64,000 nucleotides of DNA from assembly GCF_009834535.1 (NCBI RefSeq), contig NC_045697.1, positions 8,558,001 to 8,622,000 of the forward strand. Reading direction: 5' to 3'. Below are positions 24,861 through 37,750 of this stretch, piece by piece; the first letter of the stretch is position 1; every line of letters starts with the position of its first letter. This stretch comes from Camelus ferus. Lineage: Eukaryota. The notes beneath the pieces were generated by a model. It was not told the origin of the DNA and searched no databases. It was given only the letters and a program-made list of their open reading frames with translations. The position numbers were made by a program, and so were the translations under genes.

Positions 24861-25929
24861 CTGTTAATCACTTCCTACCTACTCATTGGTTTTGTTGCCT
24901 GTAATGACTTGCAAGCAGACATTCAGGGTAGTCAAGAGAGTTTCAGGGACTATTATAGAAGAAAGACTTAACACTGAGAAAGGTGCATCCAGCAGTGCCC
25001 CAGGGCCAGAATGAGATGTCCTGGACTCCTATCCTGCTTTTACTGTTTCAGCCTTATCCCACAGCTCAGTTCCTCATCTGTTAAATGCAGATAATATCAG
25101 TAAGCACCTCCTGTGGTCATCATAAGGTTGTCATTAATGCATGCGTAATGCACTACAACAGAAGAGTAGCTTTAACCTAAGCAGTCAATAAATAGTAGCC
25201 CTTATCCTCATCATCATAAACTTGCTTTTCCCACGAAATTGGAAAGGTCCGCCACTATTCAGTTTGCATCTGAACATCCATTTTCTGCAGGAGGGTGTCT
25301 GAGACTATTGCCAGTTTAATGTGGGTAAGCGCCTACCAAGGACGGCACCGATTTGACATTGATGATCTCAGGGCTGTAGGACTAAAGAAGCGGATGGGGG
25401 GACCAGAAGTGTTTCTTTCAATAACGCTATACTTTTGGTGTGTTGAAACAGCATATATCACAGCTGTGTACTTTTTTTTTTCATCTTAAAAAGTAAAAAT
25501 CAAGTTTCCATGACTTCAAACGTCAAAACGTCGTGATTTCCTCTTCTGTTACATCCCACATTCAATAAAGTCAGGGTTTGGGTCCGTGGAGATGGGAGCG
25601 ATGCTCATCATACGAAAGATGGTGAAAGACAAGGCACTGTGCAGAATGCATCAGAGAAATGAGCTCGTTCAGAGTTCAGAGACAGATTGTACATTTCAAG
25701 ATTATAGAACCTGCGTTGCTGTTTTTGCAAAAATTAAAAATAAAAATAAAATCATCACAATAAGACGTTCCTACCTTTCCAACACAGGGTTCTTGTTCCT
25801 GCATTTTCTTTCTGATCAGCCGGCTTCCCCTTCTGGCGTTCCCCTCCCCCCACCCCACCCCCTCCTCACTCCCTCCCCCTCCCCTGCAAAGAAGCTGGTG
25901 AGGGAGCAAAGGAGCACACAGCACATGGG

Positions 25930-26110
25930 AGGCAGAGGACAGAGTTCACCCTGTGAAAAATCATTAATCATCTTGAGGTCACCAGCCCTGAACACGTTTC
26001 CTTCTCAAACCCGTCCTGCGGGCGATCTGTCTCCTAACAGGTTTTGTAATGCTGAGTTGTAAAGCGTTCCTGATGAATTATTGTTGGCACTCAGTCCAAA
26101 GGCTTGAAGG
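25930..26110. promoter_or_regulatory. Candidate enhancer with HNF4/DR1-like and HNF1-like motifs
   Basis: AGGACA g AGTTCA at 25936-25948; AAATCATTAATCAT at 25958-25971; AGTCCAAAGGCT at 26093-26104; repeat-free. Confidence 0.35.
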
Positions 26111-28591
26111 CTTGAGTCCACGAGAAGAAAAAGCAGACCCTCTGTCTTGCGCCTGTTGTCCGTGGGGCCAGAACAGGGCTCGTATTTTGTGTGCTGGCGG
26201 ATGGTCGGTGGGCCCTCATCCCGGCAGCTCTGACTCCAGGAAAGGCCTGAGACAGATTGTGGTTTATCACTGGGCTTCTGAGCAGAGGTGTTTGAGGGCA
26301 GGTCACACTGTTGTAGCACAACTCTGGCTAAGGCTGGATTTATGCTCCCCTTGGACAGATAAGGAAACTGAGGCCAGGGCTATGATATGGCATGTCCCAG
26401 GTAAGCCAGCTACCTTGTGGCAGAGCCAGGATTAGAATTTGGGTATCCAAACTACCACCTTTTCCTTTCCTCCACTCTGTTTGCGCCAGGCTGTGTGGTC
26501 CTCCCCTGTAGGACATCATCCCACACCAGTCCTGCCTCACCTAAAGCCTCTGGTCCAGCCTTCGGTCTGCCTGGCATCCTCTCCTCCCAGGTCCCCCTGC
26601 CTGCTTCCTTCTGGTCATCCAGGGCCAGTGTAAGGTCACCTGCTCCAAGAGGCTGCCATGACCACCCAGTCTAAAACAGTCCCTGTCACTCTTGATAGGA
26701 ACTCCCTACTTTACTTCCTCATGGCACTTATCACCTCCCAACATTGTCTTGTTTATTCATTTGTTTATTTGTCCTCTGTGCGTCTCTATGTTTCCCTTCG
26801 AGCTCCAGCTCACCCAGCGTGTGAGCTCCAGGAAGGCAACCCCCTGGCAGCCTGGTTCTCCACTGTGTGCCCAGCACTGAGGGTGGTAACTGACACCTAG
26901 CAGGTGCTCAACAAACGCTTAGTCAATAATTAACAAACACTGATCATTAGTGATGCCTTATCTTCATATGAAGCCTTTCCAAATATAAATGTGTATATGA
27001 ATATATAGTCATATATTCACAGGATTTCCAAAGCATTTTCACAAATAATATTTTACTATCACTTGCCCCACATGAGGTAGAAAGAAAAGGGTTTATTATA
27101 AACTTTTACAGATAGGAAAACAGGTATTTCATCATGACTTTTCCTCCTGACCCTAAAATTAAGAGACCAGGGTTCCCCTGCAAGTCACTTGCTATGTAAC
27201 GTTAGGAAAGTCATCTTCCCAGTCTCCCTACAATGGAGGGTTGTGAAAGCAAAGATCTCTAACGCTTCTTCCAGGGAATATTCTAGGATGGTGGTCCCAG
27301 AATGTGTGCTTGGGACCCTAGTATCCGAGGGGGTGTTCTGTGGAACCATTTGGGAAACACTGTTCCAGTGTTGGCTTCAAGTTTACTTCAAGGAAGAGGC
27401 TGTGTTCCAGGGCAGGTAAGATGCACTGAGGCCCAGGGCAGAGTGGAAAATGGAAAGGAATGCAATCCACCAGCCCGGGGCCGTGCCAGGCACGTGCTGA
27501 GCCCTCCCCTGCCTCACCTCACGTAGTCTTCAGAACCCCTGGGAAGTAGGCATTCTTCTTACTTCCACTTTACAGCCTGGAAACTAAAGAAAATGGAGGA
27601 AACTCAGGAAGGTGATGTGTATGGCAGGCGATGGTTCCTCAACAAGATGCCTGAAAGAATTCATTCTTAAACCTCAGCGGGCTGCAGAAAGCTTCGTTGT
27701 TGCCATTCATGCGATTTGCCATCAACTGTGGGGAGTCGTTGCTTCCCTTTCACCTTCCAAATGCCCAGCAAGGGCATCTGCTAGCTGGGCCTAAAGAGGA
27801 CCTAGCACTCCAGCTGCAAGGGAGTCTGGGAAATGTAGTCCCTTAGCACTGTGTCCTGTGCAGTGCGGGACAGCCCAGAGAAGGGCCGTGGTAGTGATGC
27901 TGAGGGCCAGTGGCCACAGTCATCATTCACCCTGTGGTGGCCTAGGTTATCACTGTCTCTTCCTGGACTCCACGGGTCTGAGATGGGAGCTGGGGGACTA
28001 GGGAGGGCAGAGGAAATTGGTGCAGGGATGAATTGGGGGTAGGGGTCGGGGCTGTGGGAATCACGGTCCAGGATAAAGACGCAAAGCTCCTTCCCAGTAT
28101 GGCAGCAAAAGAAAAAGAAGTGAAAAGAAAGAAAAAGGAATCATAGCGGCAATGAGTGAAGGGTTCACCTTCTCAGACTGAAGCCGCCCTGCTGGGTTCT
28201 ACTCCTGGCTCCTCCCAACCTCACCACACAGTCCTAGACACAGCCTCTCCCTCTGAAAGGCACTTCCCATCACTTTCCTCTGTCCTCCAGTTTGAGGATC
28301 AAGTGGGTCATGATACATAGACAGATCCATTCCCTGTGAAGGAGGCACACAGGAGAGAGAACGGGGTCATCTCCCAACCAGCAAAGGTGAGTGAGTGGCT
28401 TTACCACTTGCCTTCTGAGCTGTGCTCATTCGACCTGGAAGGTTCTGTAAGTGGCAGAGTCATCTTTTGATATAATTTCAATTCAGAAGAGCAGGATTTC
28501 ATGGGATTTTTATTTTACAGTAATTTCATTTCTAAGAATGAGTATGTATTCCTTTTCGAATCAAGAAAATCAGTTAAAAATACGATGTCTT

Positions 28592-28910
28592 GGGAGGGGC
28601 AGGTGGGAGGGATGAAGAGACAGAGCACAGAGGATTTGTAGGGCAGTGAAAATATTCCGTACCATTCCATACTGGTGGACACCTGCCATTATACATTTGC
28701 CCAAACCCACACAATGTACTTCACTGACCTGTGGACTCTTGGTGGACTTTTCACACAGGGGTCAATGTAGACTCATCAGTTTGAACGGATGTACCACTCC
28801 GGTGGGGGATGTTGGTGACGGGGGAGGCTCTGCCTGTGGAGGGAGGGGGCAGGGGGTACATGGGGAATCTCTGTACCTTTCCTTCAGTTTTGCTGTGAAC
28901 CTTGATCTGC
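28592..28910 (+). mobile_element. L1MC-type 3' end
   Basis: cagagcacagaggatttgtagggcagtgaaaatatt...ccattatacatttgcccaaaccc...gaatctctgtacctttccttcagttttgctgtgaacc. Confidence 0.85.
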
Positions 28911-31900
28911 CAACTTTTTTAATGCAATGTCTTGGTCAAAATAAAATAAAATGCCAAATTGTAAAGTCTCTCGTACGTGTACACACAGACATATTTTCGT
29001 AGTCACAACTGTGACTTAGAATTTACAGTTCTGTTTGTGCGAATGTTTGAGCCCAAAGGACCTGAGAAATCATGAGGTATCCAACCACGTGCTGAGGACC
29101 CTAGGGATCCAGAGAGGCATCTCAAGGGCTCCAAGAGCAGAGGGGATGGCAGTGACCAAGGTCTCTCCAGCTGCCTGAAACCAAACGGCTTGGCTTTCGT
29201 CTATTTTATGTTTTGGATTTGCCTGTACTATTCCCATTTTAAAAAAGATTTTACAGCAACCCCTCCCCCCCCACACACACATGAAAACCAGGAAATGAGC
29301 TCAAAGCTATGTAGCTTCTGCCGTTTTTCAGATGGGGAAGCTGAGGCCAAGTGAGCTCAGAAGCCCACCTATGGTCCCACAGAAGCAGGAAAACAGGGTC
29401 TGGAGCTGGAAATCTGATCCCTAATCTGTTCTCCCTCCCCACCCCACTGCGAGCATCCCAGGCTGAGTGGCCCAGACAGACGTGGCTCGGATCCAAGGGG
29501 CAGATCGTTGTTGGTGCTGTTTGTTTGCACAGCGTATAACATTGTTTAAGACCTGAAGCTCAGAGACATCCCCTGGCAAGACTCTGAACTGGAGCCCAGA
29601 GGAGAGCGTTTCCAGAGTTTGTGGCCTGGGACCAAGAGAGCCACGGTCAGGGCTGGGTGGCTCTTCCAGGGGGTGGTGTGCTCTGCTGTTACGCGTCACA
29701 TCCCCCCGCAGTACTGTAAACACAAGTCCACTGTATGTTTTTAAAACGTGAGAAGAAGCAGGATCCCGCCTGCATGTTTTGACATAAACTGCAGGGAGGG
29801 AGAACGGGACAGGCGGATCGCGCCCATGCAGAATGTAACTGCTTCCCGCACCTGATGGTTAATCTCAGGCCGGCGGGCTGTCCGCCGGTCCCTCCGCCGC
29901 CCAGACCCTCCAGCAGCACAGAGAGGAGACCCGGGACCAACACTGGGCCAATATTGCCGTTCGTGTGTTCTGGGACTTTGGTCCTTGGTTTCCTCACCTG
30001 AAAAATGAGAGGCTTGGCCTACACCATGGTTTTCAAGCTGCCGGAGACTCAGTTTGGATCCATTTTACAAAGTGGGTGTCCTGGTAAGATTTAGGCTGAA
30101 GTGTCTGCTACTAAAAGGAAGTTGGAAATCCACTGGACTAGATGTTTCTGATACCTCCTTCAGCTCTGAGACACTGCAATTCTAGATTTTACTTCTCTTT
30201 CAGGCCCTGGAAGAATTTCCACTTCCACCCAAGAGGGATCAAGAACAGCATGCTCAGTCCTGTCCTGGGAAAGTTAGCTGACGGTCTCGGGGTCCCGGGA
30301 GCTCCACCTTGCCATCCCCCTCCCATCCCCCCCTCACACCCACAGAGCGAGCTGCTCCCAGCTCCGCCCCATGTCAGTGCCTCGCGTCTTGTACCAGTCC
30401 CACTGCCACACAACGACTGCGTTGCTCTGCCCCACCTCCCCTACCACCACCGCTGCCCCCTCTGCCCCTCCCTTCCATCCCCTCTGAGCTGCCTGAAGCC
30501 CACAGCTGCGTCTTTTTCCGGCTGAAATCCCAGGAGCTGGCACTATACCTAGTATATTGTAGATGCTCATTAAATAGATGCTGCATTGAACTGTATTCTG
30601 AACAACTGGACTTACTTTCAGACTCTAAAGCTAACCTTTAAATGCTCTGGCCCGGCGCAGAGACAGGATCCAGCCAGTCAGTGAGGGGATGCCGAGACCA
30701 GCTCTGAGCCAAGCACTGCTCTGGGGCCTGGAGAGACAGTGGAGACTAAAACTGATTCCACCTCTGGTGGAAAAGCACTAGACTCGCATAGTAGAACTGA
30801 GTATACGGTGAGGGTTGGGAAGTCCTCTATTCCCAGAGAATAACTCTTTCTGCTGTCGTGAGTCAGTGTGAAGGCGGAGGCTTAAAGTGTGAAGGCCTCA
30901 GGGAAGAGGAAGCCATTCGCATTGATTTCTTTACTGAGACAAGAGCCTTGCAGAAAGGAGCACCAAAATACCAGATGGAGCACCGCAGAAGAGGGCATCG
31001 GAGAGAAGGTGAAACAAGAGGGAAAGACTGCGAACCTTCCTTCCCACATTTCCTGACCCAAAGATTGTAGTGGGTGGAAAGCAGTCCAGAATGAGAATGG
31101 ACTTTGACAGCATTGGGTTTGAGTTTGGTCACTGTTACTTGCTAGCTATTTGATGAGAGGCAGGTTGCCCTAAGCTTTCTGAGACTGTCTTGGGAGAAAG
31201 ACCATGACTTCGGGTGGTGATGTGTTGAGCTGGAAGTGACTTTGGGATTGCCAGTGGAGGGGTCGTGGAGGCACCTGGACAACCGGGGATGGAGATCTGG
31301 GGAGGGCTTTGCTCTAGGGAAAGAGATTTTGCAGTTAACGTGCATGTGTGCTTCTTGAAGCCAGTGATGTCTATGACAACACTCAAGGAGACTCAAGGAG
31401 AGGACACAGACAGAAGAATGTAGGGTTGGTGAGGAAGGAACCACAGGAAACACTCTCATTAGAGTGACCCAGAAGCCAGCACCTCTAGGAGGTGGGTTTT
31501 CTCCTCTTCTAGGACCTTGCTCAGGCAGCCATTTTAGCTCCCAACAAGCTGCCCAGGGAATCGCTGCTGTTCCCTCCCAACATCATGAACTCTGCGGACA
31601 AGACCAACGTTAGACCATCTTTGCATCCCTCACATCTAGCCCAGTGTTCACTGAATGAGTAAATGAACAAACGAAGTCTAGAAATCGTGTCCTTTGAGAA
31701 ACAGCTGAAGAATCTGTAACTGTGTTCTTGGAGAAGACTTGATTCAGGGAGTCCAAAAAAGACTGACCTCTGGAGAAAGGCGGAACCCCATTGCGTCAGT
31801 GCTGGAGGAAAACCATTTCAGTTCTGCGCTAGAGCTGCCCGATGATGGAGTGGGCCATCTGGTGAAGTGGTGAGGTCTACAGCCCTGAGAGCATGTAAGC

Positions 31901-34181
31901 AGAGACGGGGGACATTCTCCCAGGACGGGGGCATCGAATGGGAGCCTAATCACAGCCTCTTAGGCAAGCAGCCTGAGAGTCGATGATTCTAACATGGTGC
32001 CCAGGCAGCGCCCTCACCTGAGCTGATTAACTTCAGAAGGGACGAATGGAGCCCCTTTTGAGCAAATGAAGACAAGATTTCTGCAGGTGTGGGCCTCATT
32101 CTACAGAAATTCTTGAAGACCATTTGGCCCAACCTCTCCATCATCATTCTGGGCCCTTGGTATCTGGTCCTTGCCTGCCATACCTCCTCCTCATGGGTTT
32201 CACTCCCAGCCCTGACCTCTCTTTGATGGAAAGCCCTTTGAGGTTAGGGACCAGGCCTCATTTATTCATCAGGTAGCTGTGTTGCAGTGGTTAAGAGCAT
32301 GGGTGCCATGGTCAGACCTCCTTCATTCCTTAGTCTGCAAATCTGAGGCACTCATATGTTGTGAGGATTAAAGGGTTAATACACATAGAGTGCTTAGAAC
32401 AGTTCTAGCATGGAGTAGGTTCTGGAAAAAAGTTATCTACTTTTATTATATTAGTTTCTCCTCTAGCTGGCATGGTACCTATCAATAAATGTTTGTTGAT
32501 TTAAAACAACAACAAATAAATTAACAACTAAATATTGACGTTGCAATCACCAGCTAGTCAACAGACACTTATTAATTTCAAAAAAGCACCCAATACTCTG
32601 CTGGGTACTGAAAAAGACAGAAATGGGAAAAAAAAAAAAAAACAGGGTTCTTATTTCGAAGGATTTTGTAATCTGATGATAAACACAAATACCATTACTT
32701 CTTAAGTTAATACATTTTTTTCTTAAGTTAATATATTTAAAACAAAATCTAACACCTTTATAAAATAACATGTAGGTTGAGCCCTGCTGGTTTGCATGGG
32801 TTATTTGATCAAGTTCTAAATTGTGGGGGCCCTCCAGTGAATGCTTTAGAAGAAAAAGGGAAAATCATGTGGGCTTCCTTAATGGGAAAGATTTTGACTT
32901 TCTTAAAAAGTGCCCCTAACTTTCTTAATATTCTGCAATTTGCCCTGGAATATTCAAATAAGATGGGGAAGCAAGCCCTGGCAGTATGAAGCCCACTGAG
33001 CTTGTATCTTTCATCAGCATTAGTTCATTTAATCCCAACCTTAAAGCTATTAAGCAGGTGAGGGTTTTCCCTGGGCCAATCGTGGAGTTGGTCTTCTCTC
33101 TCCTCTCCAGTATGAGGATCCACAGGGATGCTTTCCTGGCAAAGGAACTCTCAGAGGTCCTGCCCTCTGACCTACCAAGGGCCAAGGAGCAAAACAGACT
33201 TTGGCCAGTCACACAGAATGGCCAAGGGGGCTATGTGCAAATTCACCATCAATGTCCTCCCTAAAGAAAACATAAGCACCATTGATTACCTTCTAATAAC
33301 CATTTTATTGCACATTTTATATTTATGAAAGGGCACTGCGAGACGACGGTTATTATTCCTCTAATGCAAAGCAGATGGGCCTGACAGAGGTAAATGGGAC
33401 TTTCTGGGTGTGGCCCTGAAAGTTGGTGTTTTCCCGGAAGGTTTTGAGCCGGGGCCAAACCAGACCCAGAAGTCCTCATCCACCCTTGTCTCGACACATG
33501 ACTTTCATTAACAAAATTATATTGCTCTTTTCTGCAAAAGTGGTACCATTACTCTAATAAAAACATGTCCATTGTGGATCAATTACCACCTACGTAGTGG
33601 TAAGGAGGACTCACAAGTAAGAGGGCAGGAACTGGTGAGAACAAAGAAAGGTTGGTCTTGCAGAGGGAGGCTCTAGCCACCGGGCCTCCTTCCCAGGCCT
33701 GGGGATGCACAGGAAAGGAATCACACTTGCATCTCCAGCACAATCAGCATGGGCTGATCCCCTCCAGACAGAATTTGCCTCTCAGAGAGCTTCTGCTCCA
33801 GCATTAAACCAGCCCGGCCTGCTGCACATGCCTGGGTCTATAGAAGCCAGTACAAGACCCGTCACCAGCTGCCCTCCCTCCAGGCCCACGCTTGGGGCTC
33901 AGCTAAGGCCTTCTCGCTTTGCTCCTGAGTTGGCATCCTTCCTCCATCCCAACAACCGCCCCTTCAGTTTCCAGCCTCATGCTCACTTTCTAAATCTAAT
34001 TCGGATTTCTTGACTTGGCCATGGTCATGTTGTTCCACTCACTGGCTCCACCCTCTCCTGGTGTGCTCAGGTTGACCCTGACCTCACCAATAGCCACCCA
34101 GATCTACTCAGAGTCTGCGATAGCTTGAATTTTTGATAACCTTTGATGTGCCATCTTGGTGGAGGTGTTTTTCCCTGTACC

Positions 34182-34360
34182 TGTGATTCTCAAGCTTTTA
34201 GGTACGCGAGAATTAGCTGAGGAGAGGCAGAGACACGAATTTCGGAGTCAAATCTTCAGAAATTCTGATTCTGTAAGTCTAGAATGGGCCAAGAATCTGC
34301 ATTTCTTATGGCAGATGATTCAAATGAAGAAAGAACTTGGGGTGCACTTTGAAAACACAG
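34182..34360. mobile_element. hAT-Charlie MITE (MER5-like)
   Basis: gtgattctcaagc...ttctgattctgtaagtctagaatgggccaagaatctgcattt...cactttgaaaacac. Confidence 0.7.
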
Positions 34361-34579
34361 TCTGCACCTGTCCTCACATGCCTTCACTGATAAGTGACCA
34401 TTTGAAAAAATAACATTTTGCATCCATATGATGCACGAACTTTTTCAAGTACTTTACAGTGATTTGTTCTTTCTATCCTCTTGAGTCTCTCTCCCATTAA
34501 GGGTACTATTATGTCCATCTTACATATGAGGAAAGAAAGGCTCAGAGTGGTAAATGTGAGTCTCCCAGATGATAGTGCT

Positions 34580-35985
34580 CAAATCCCAGCAGATTCCTGT
34601 CTCTGGCCTGAGCCTCCCCTCTGATCCCCAGCCTGTGGAACATCTCTGCTGGGGGTGCCCAACAGATGTCCTAACCTAACATACCCACGTGTGAGCTGGT
34701 GTTCTTCCTTCCCAAACGTACTCTTCCTGATGGAGAGTTTCTCCATCCCCATAATGTCACCTCCATCCTTCCATGTTATCAGCCCAAACCTTCAGTCATC
34801 TTTAATCTGCTCATTTCTAACCCACATGAATTCCTTCTAAAAGTATCCAGAATCAAACTTCTCTCCACTTCCCCTGCTACACTCTGCTCCAGCATCATTT
34901 TTCTCCTCACCCCTATCCCACTGCTTCAGTCAGCTTGAGTTGCTGTAACAAAATATACCATAGACTGGGTGTGTGGCTTAAACTATAGACATATCTTTCA
35001 CACAGTTCTGGAGGCAGGAAGTACAAGATCAAGATGCTGGGCTCTTTGGTTCCTGGTGAGAGGCTTCTTCCTGGCTTGCAGACAGCCACCTTCTCACTGT
35101 GTCCCCATGTGGCAGAGAGAGAAAAAGCTCTGGTCTCTTCTCCTTCTTATAAGGACATTAATCTCACCCTGGGGTCCCCACCCTGATGATCTCATCTATA
35201 CCTAATTATTTCCCAAAGGGCCCCACATTGAAATACCATCTCAATGGGAATTAGGGCTACAACACATGAATGTGGGGAGGGGGGACACAGTTTAATCCAG
35301 GGCGCCCACTTCAATTCATTCTCAACTCAACGGCCACAATGAGTCTATTAAAGTATAAGGTGCACCATGACCTGCCTCCACCCAAACCCTCCAGTGACTC
35401 CCAATCACTCTGAGTAAAAACCAGACTCCTTCCGGGGGCCACCCGGCTGAGCCACCTGGCCCTCCCCTCTGCCCTCACCTCCCACTGCTCTGTCTCTACT
35501 CCCTCCAGTCCAGGCACACTTGCCTTCCTGCTGCTCCTCCCTCTCACCAGACCCATTCTTGCCTCGGGCCCTTTGCACTCTCTCTTCCTCTGCTTGGAAT
35601 GTGCTTTTACCTAGAGATCCCTCTGGCCCACTTTCTCACCATCTTCAGATCTTTACACAAACACAGTCCCAGTGAAGCCTTCCTGAACTCTATTTAAAAT
35701 TGCTGCCCCCCTGCAAACACACACATACACACACACACATACACACACACACTACCCAAACCCCTGTCCTTGTTTTATTTTCACCTCCTAATCACAATAT
35801 GGTTCATTTAATTACTCATCACCTTCTAACACACTACACAGTCTATCTAATCGTTTTGTCACAATCTCTCTAGAGCATCAGCTCCATGAGGGTAGGCATT
35901 GTTCACCACCAACTCCCGGTGCCAGGAACAATGCCTGGCAGACAGCAGGCCCTCAATAAATCTCACTTGAATTAATAAATTAAAG
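34580..35985 (+). mobile_element. L2a 3' fragment interrupted by a MaLR LTR and a (CA)n tract
   Basis: L2 body is continuous across 34921/35305 and ends gtgccaggaacaatgcctggcagacagcaggccctcaataaat. Confidence 0.75.
34922..35304 (-). mobile_element. MaLR solo LTR (MLT1A0-like)
   Basis: Perfect 5-bp TSD CCCAC (34917-34921 and 35305-35309); typical motifs cacagttctggaggc...ttcctggcttgcagacagccaccttctc. Confidence 0.9.
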
Positions 35986-37339
35986 GATAACCCAGGCCTT
36001 GAACAGCTTCCTCTCTCCCTCCCCCTGTCTCTCTGCCACTTTCACAAGGGAACTAGCCTTTCCACTGCCCCTACGTCAAAGCAACACTCAGAACAGGATC
36101 TGCTCAGACCCCTTGACTGTGGGCCCTCTGGGGACAGAGACCATGGGTCAGTGACCTCTGTATCCTCCCCCACATCAGAGGTGGAACCCAGTGCCCATTA
36201 CATGTCTGCTAACTCTAGATTAAAGTGTTGAATGGGATTTGGGGAGAGTTATTTGCACTAAAATCTGGTGTCTTGCCCTAAATAAAAACCTGCTCTCTGC
36301 TGTGAGAATTTCTAGTGGCAGAGAGTAGATAGGAAACAGTGCTCTGGATATGTGAGAGGCAGCTCTGGGATCCCAGGGTGAGCTCAGAAATGTAAGGAGT
36401 ATTGTGGCGCCAAGGCTTTGGAGCCAGAGAGGGTGTGTATCCTGGCTCTACCCACTTGCCCTCTGATCATATTTACAGGCAACTTCTAAGCCTCAGTTTT
36501 CTTGCTTGTAAACAAGAGGAAACAGGTTTACCCAACTCAACCTAACCTAACCTTCCTCACAGGTTAGTTGTGAGCGTTAGGAAGCAAATTTTTGTTTAGA
36601 CCTTGCATCTAATAGGTACTCAATTGATAGTTTAAAAAAATTTTGGTCCCTGAATTGTATAATTTAATCTAATTAGAAAGAGAAGACTAACACACAAGAG
36701 AGATATGAGTCAGGGCCTGAGACTAAACAATGTGGTGCTCACCAGATGAGCTGCAAGGGTTTGGAGAAGAGTTCTTGGAGGACGTGGCAACAGCCGGGGC
36801 CTCAAAGGATGAGAATGTGTAAAGCCAGAAAACGGGAGGGGCACTAGCCTGGGCTGCAGAGAACAGCATATTGATTCAGAGGCCATTTGGGGAAGTCAGT
36901 TATTATTTTTTTTAATGCCTTCTTCAACACAGAAAGGATTTGAAAAAAAAAGTCAGGACCAAGAAGATTTCATTTTTTCAACTGGACACCAAGATCAAGA
37001 ATGGGAAATGGACTCCAACTATTTAGGTCATGGAGGCTACATCCCCGCTGTCTGGGGGCTATAGATTTTTCTACCCTGAGCATCCTGGCAACCTGAGGAG
37101 AAAGGAAAGCAGAGGTAGTCTCTAATTCCTTCTGTCAGAAGGAAGGAACACATACTGCTCTTTAGGAGATGGGATTCTTTCTCCTAGTGTCGGGCTGGGA
37201 AGGAAATCGTTCAGTGCAGTTACTGCCAACAGCGCTTTATGTCTTTAGCCAGAGTCTTTATATGTAATGAGGTCTACAACGCTATTTAGAGAGTCCCTCC
37301 ATAAAAGATGGAAGTGTCACTCAAAATCCATCAGGACAG

Positions 37340-37750
37340 AGAGGACAGGGTGGCACGGCCTCCTGGTGCTTGGGCTTCAGTCAGGCCGGAGCGGGGCTGC
37401 CCTGCCCTCCTCCCGGTCCACGAGCACACGCTGGCCCCCGGTGCTGAGCTTTCCGTGGCTTCCCACTGTCCTTCCAAGAAAGTCCAGCCTCCTCCCCGTG
37501 GCCCGCAGAGACCAGCACCAGATGGCTCTCGTCCTCCCCCCGGCGCCGCCTCCCACCCACGCGCCGCCACGACACTCGGGCCACGCCGGCCCTCGGGAAA
37601 GGGGCCAGACTCTCTCCCCGCGCCACCCCTCGGCGCTTGCTCACTCTGCCCGGAGGGCTCTACCCGCAGCTTCTCGCTTGGGGGCTGCCTCCTTGTGTTT
37701 CGGGTCTCAACCGACAGTCCCTTCCTCCCGTGGCTCTGCCCTACCCGCCC
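37340..37750. promoter_or_regulatory. CpG-rich, GC-rich island-like segment (second lobe at about 38390-38540)
   Basis: Dense CpGs (ccggcgccgcc, cacgcgccgccacgac, ccccgcgccacc); GC boxes. Confidence 0.5.
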
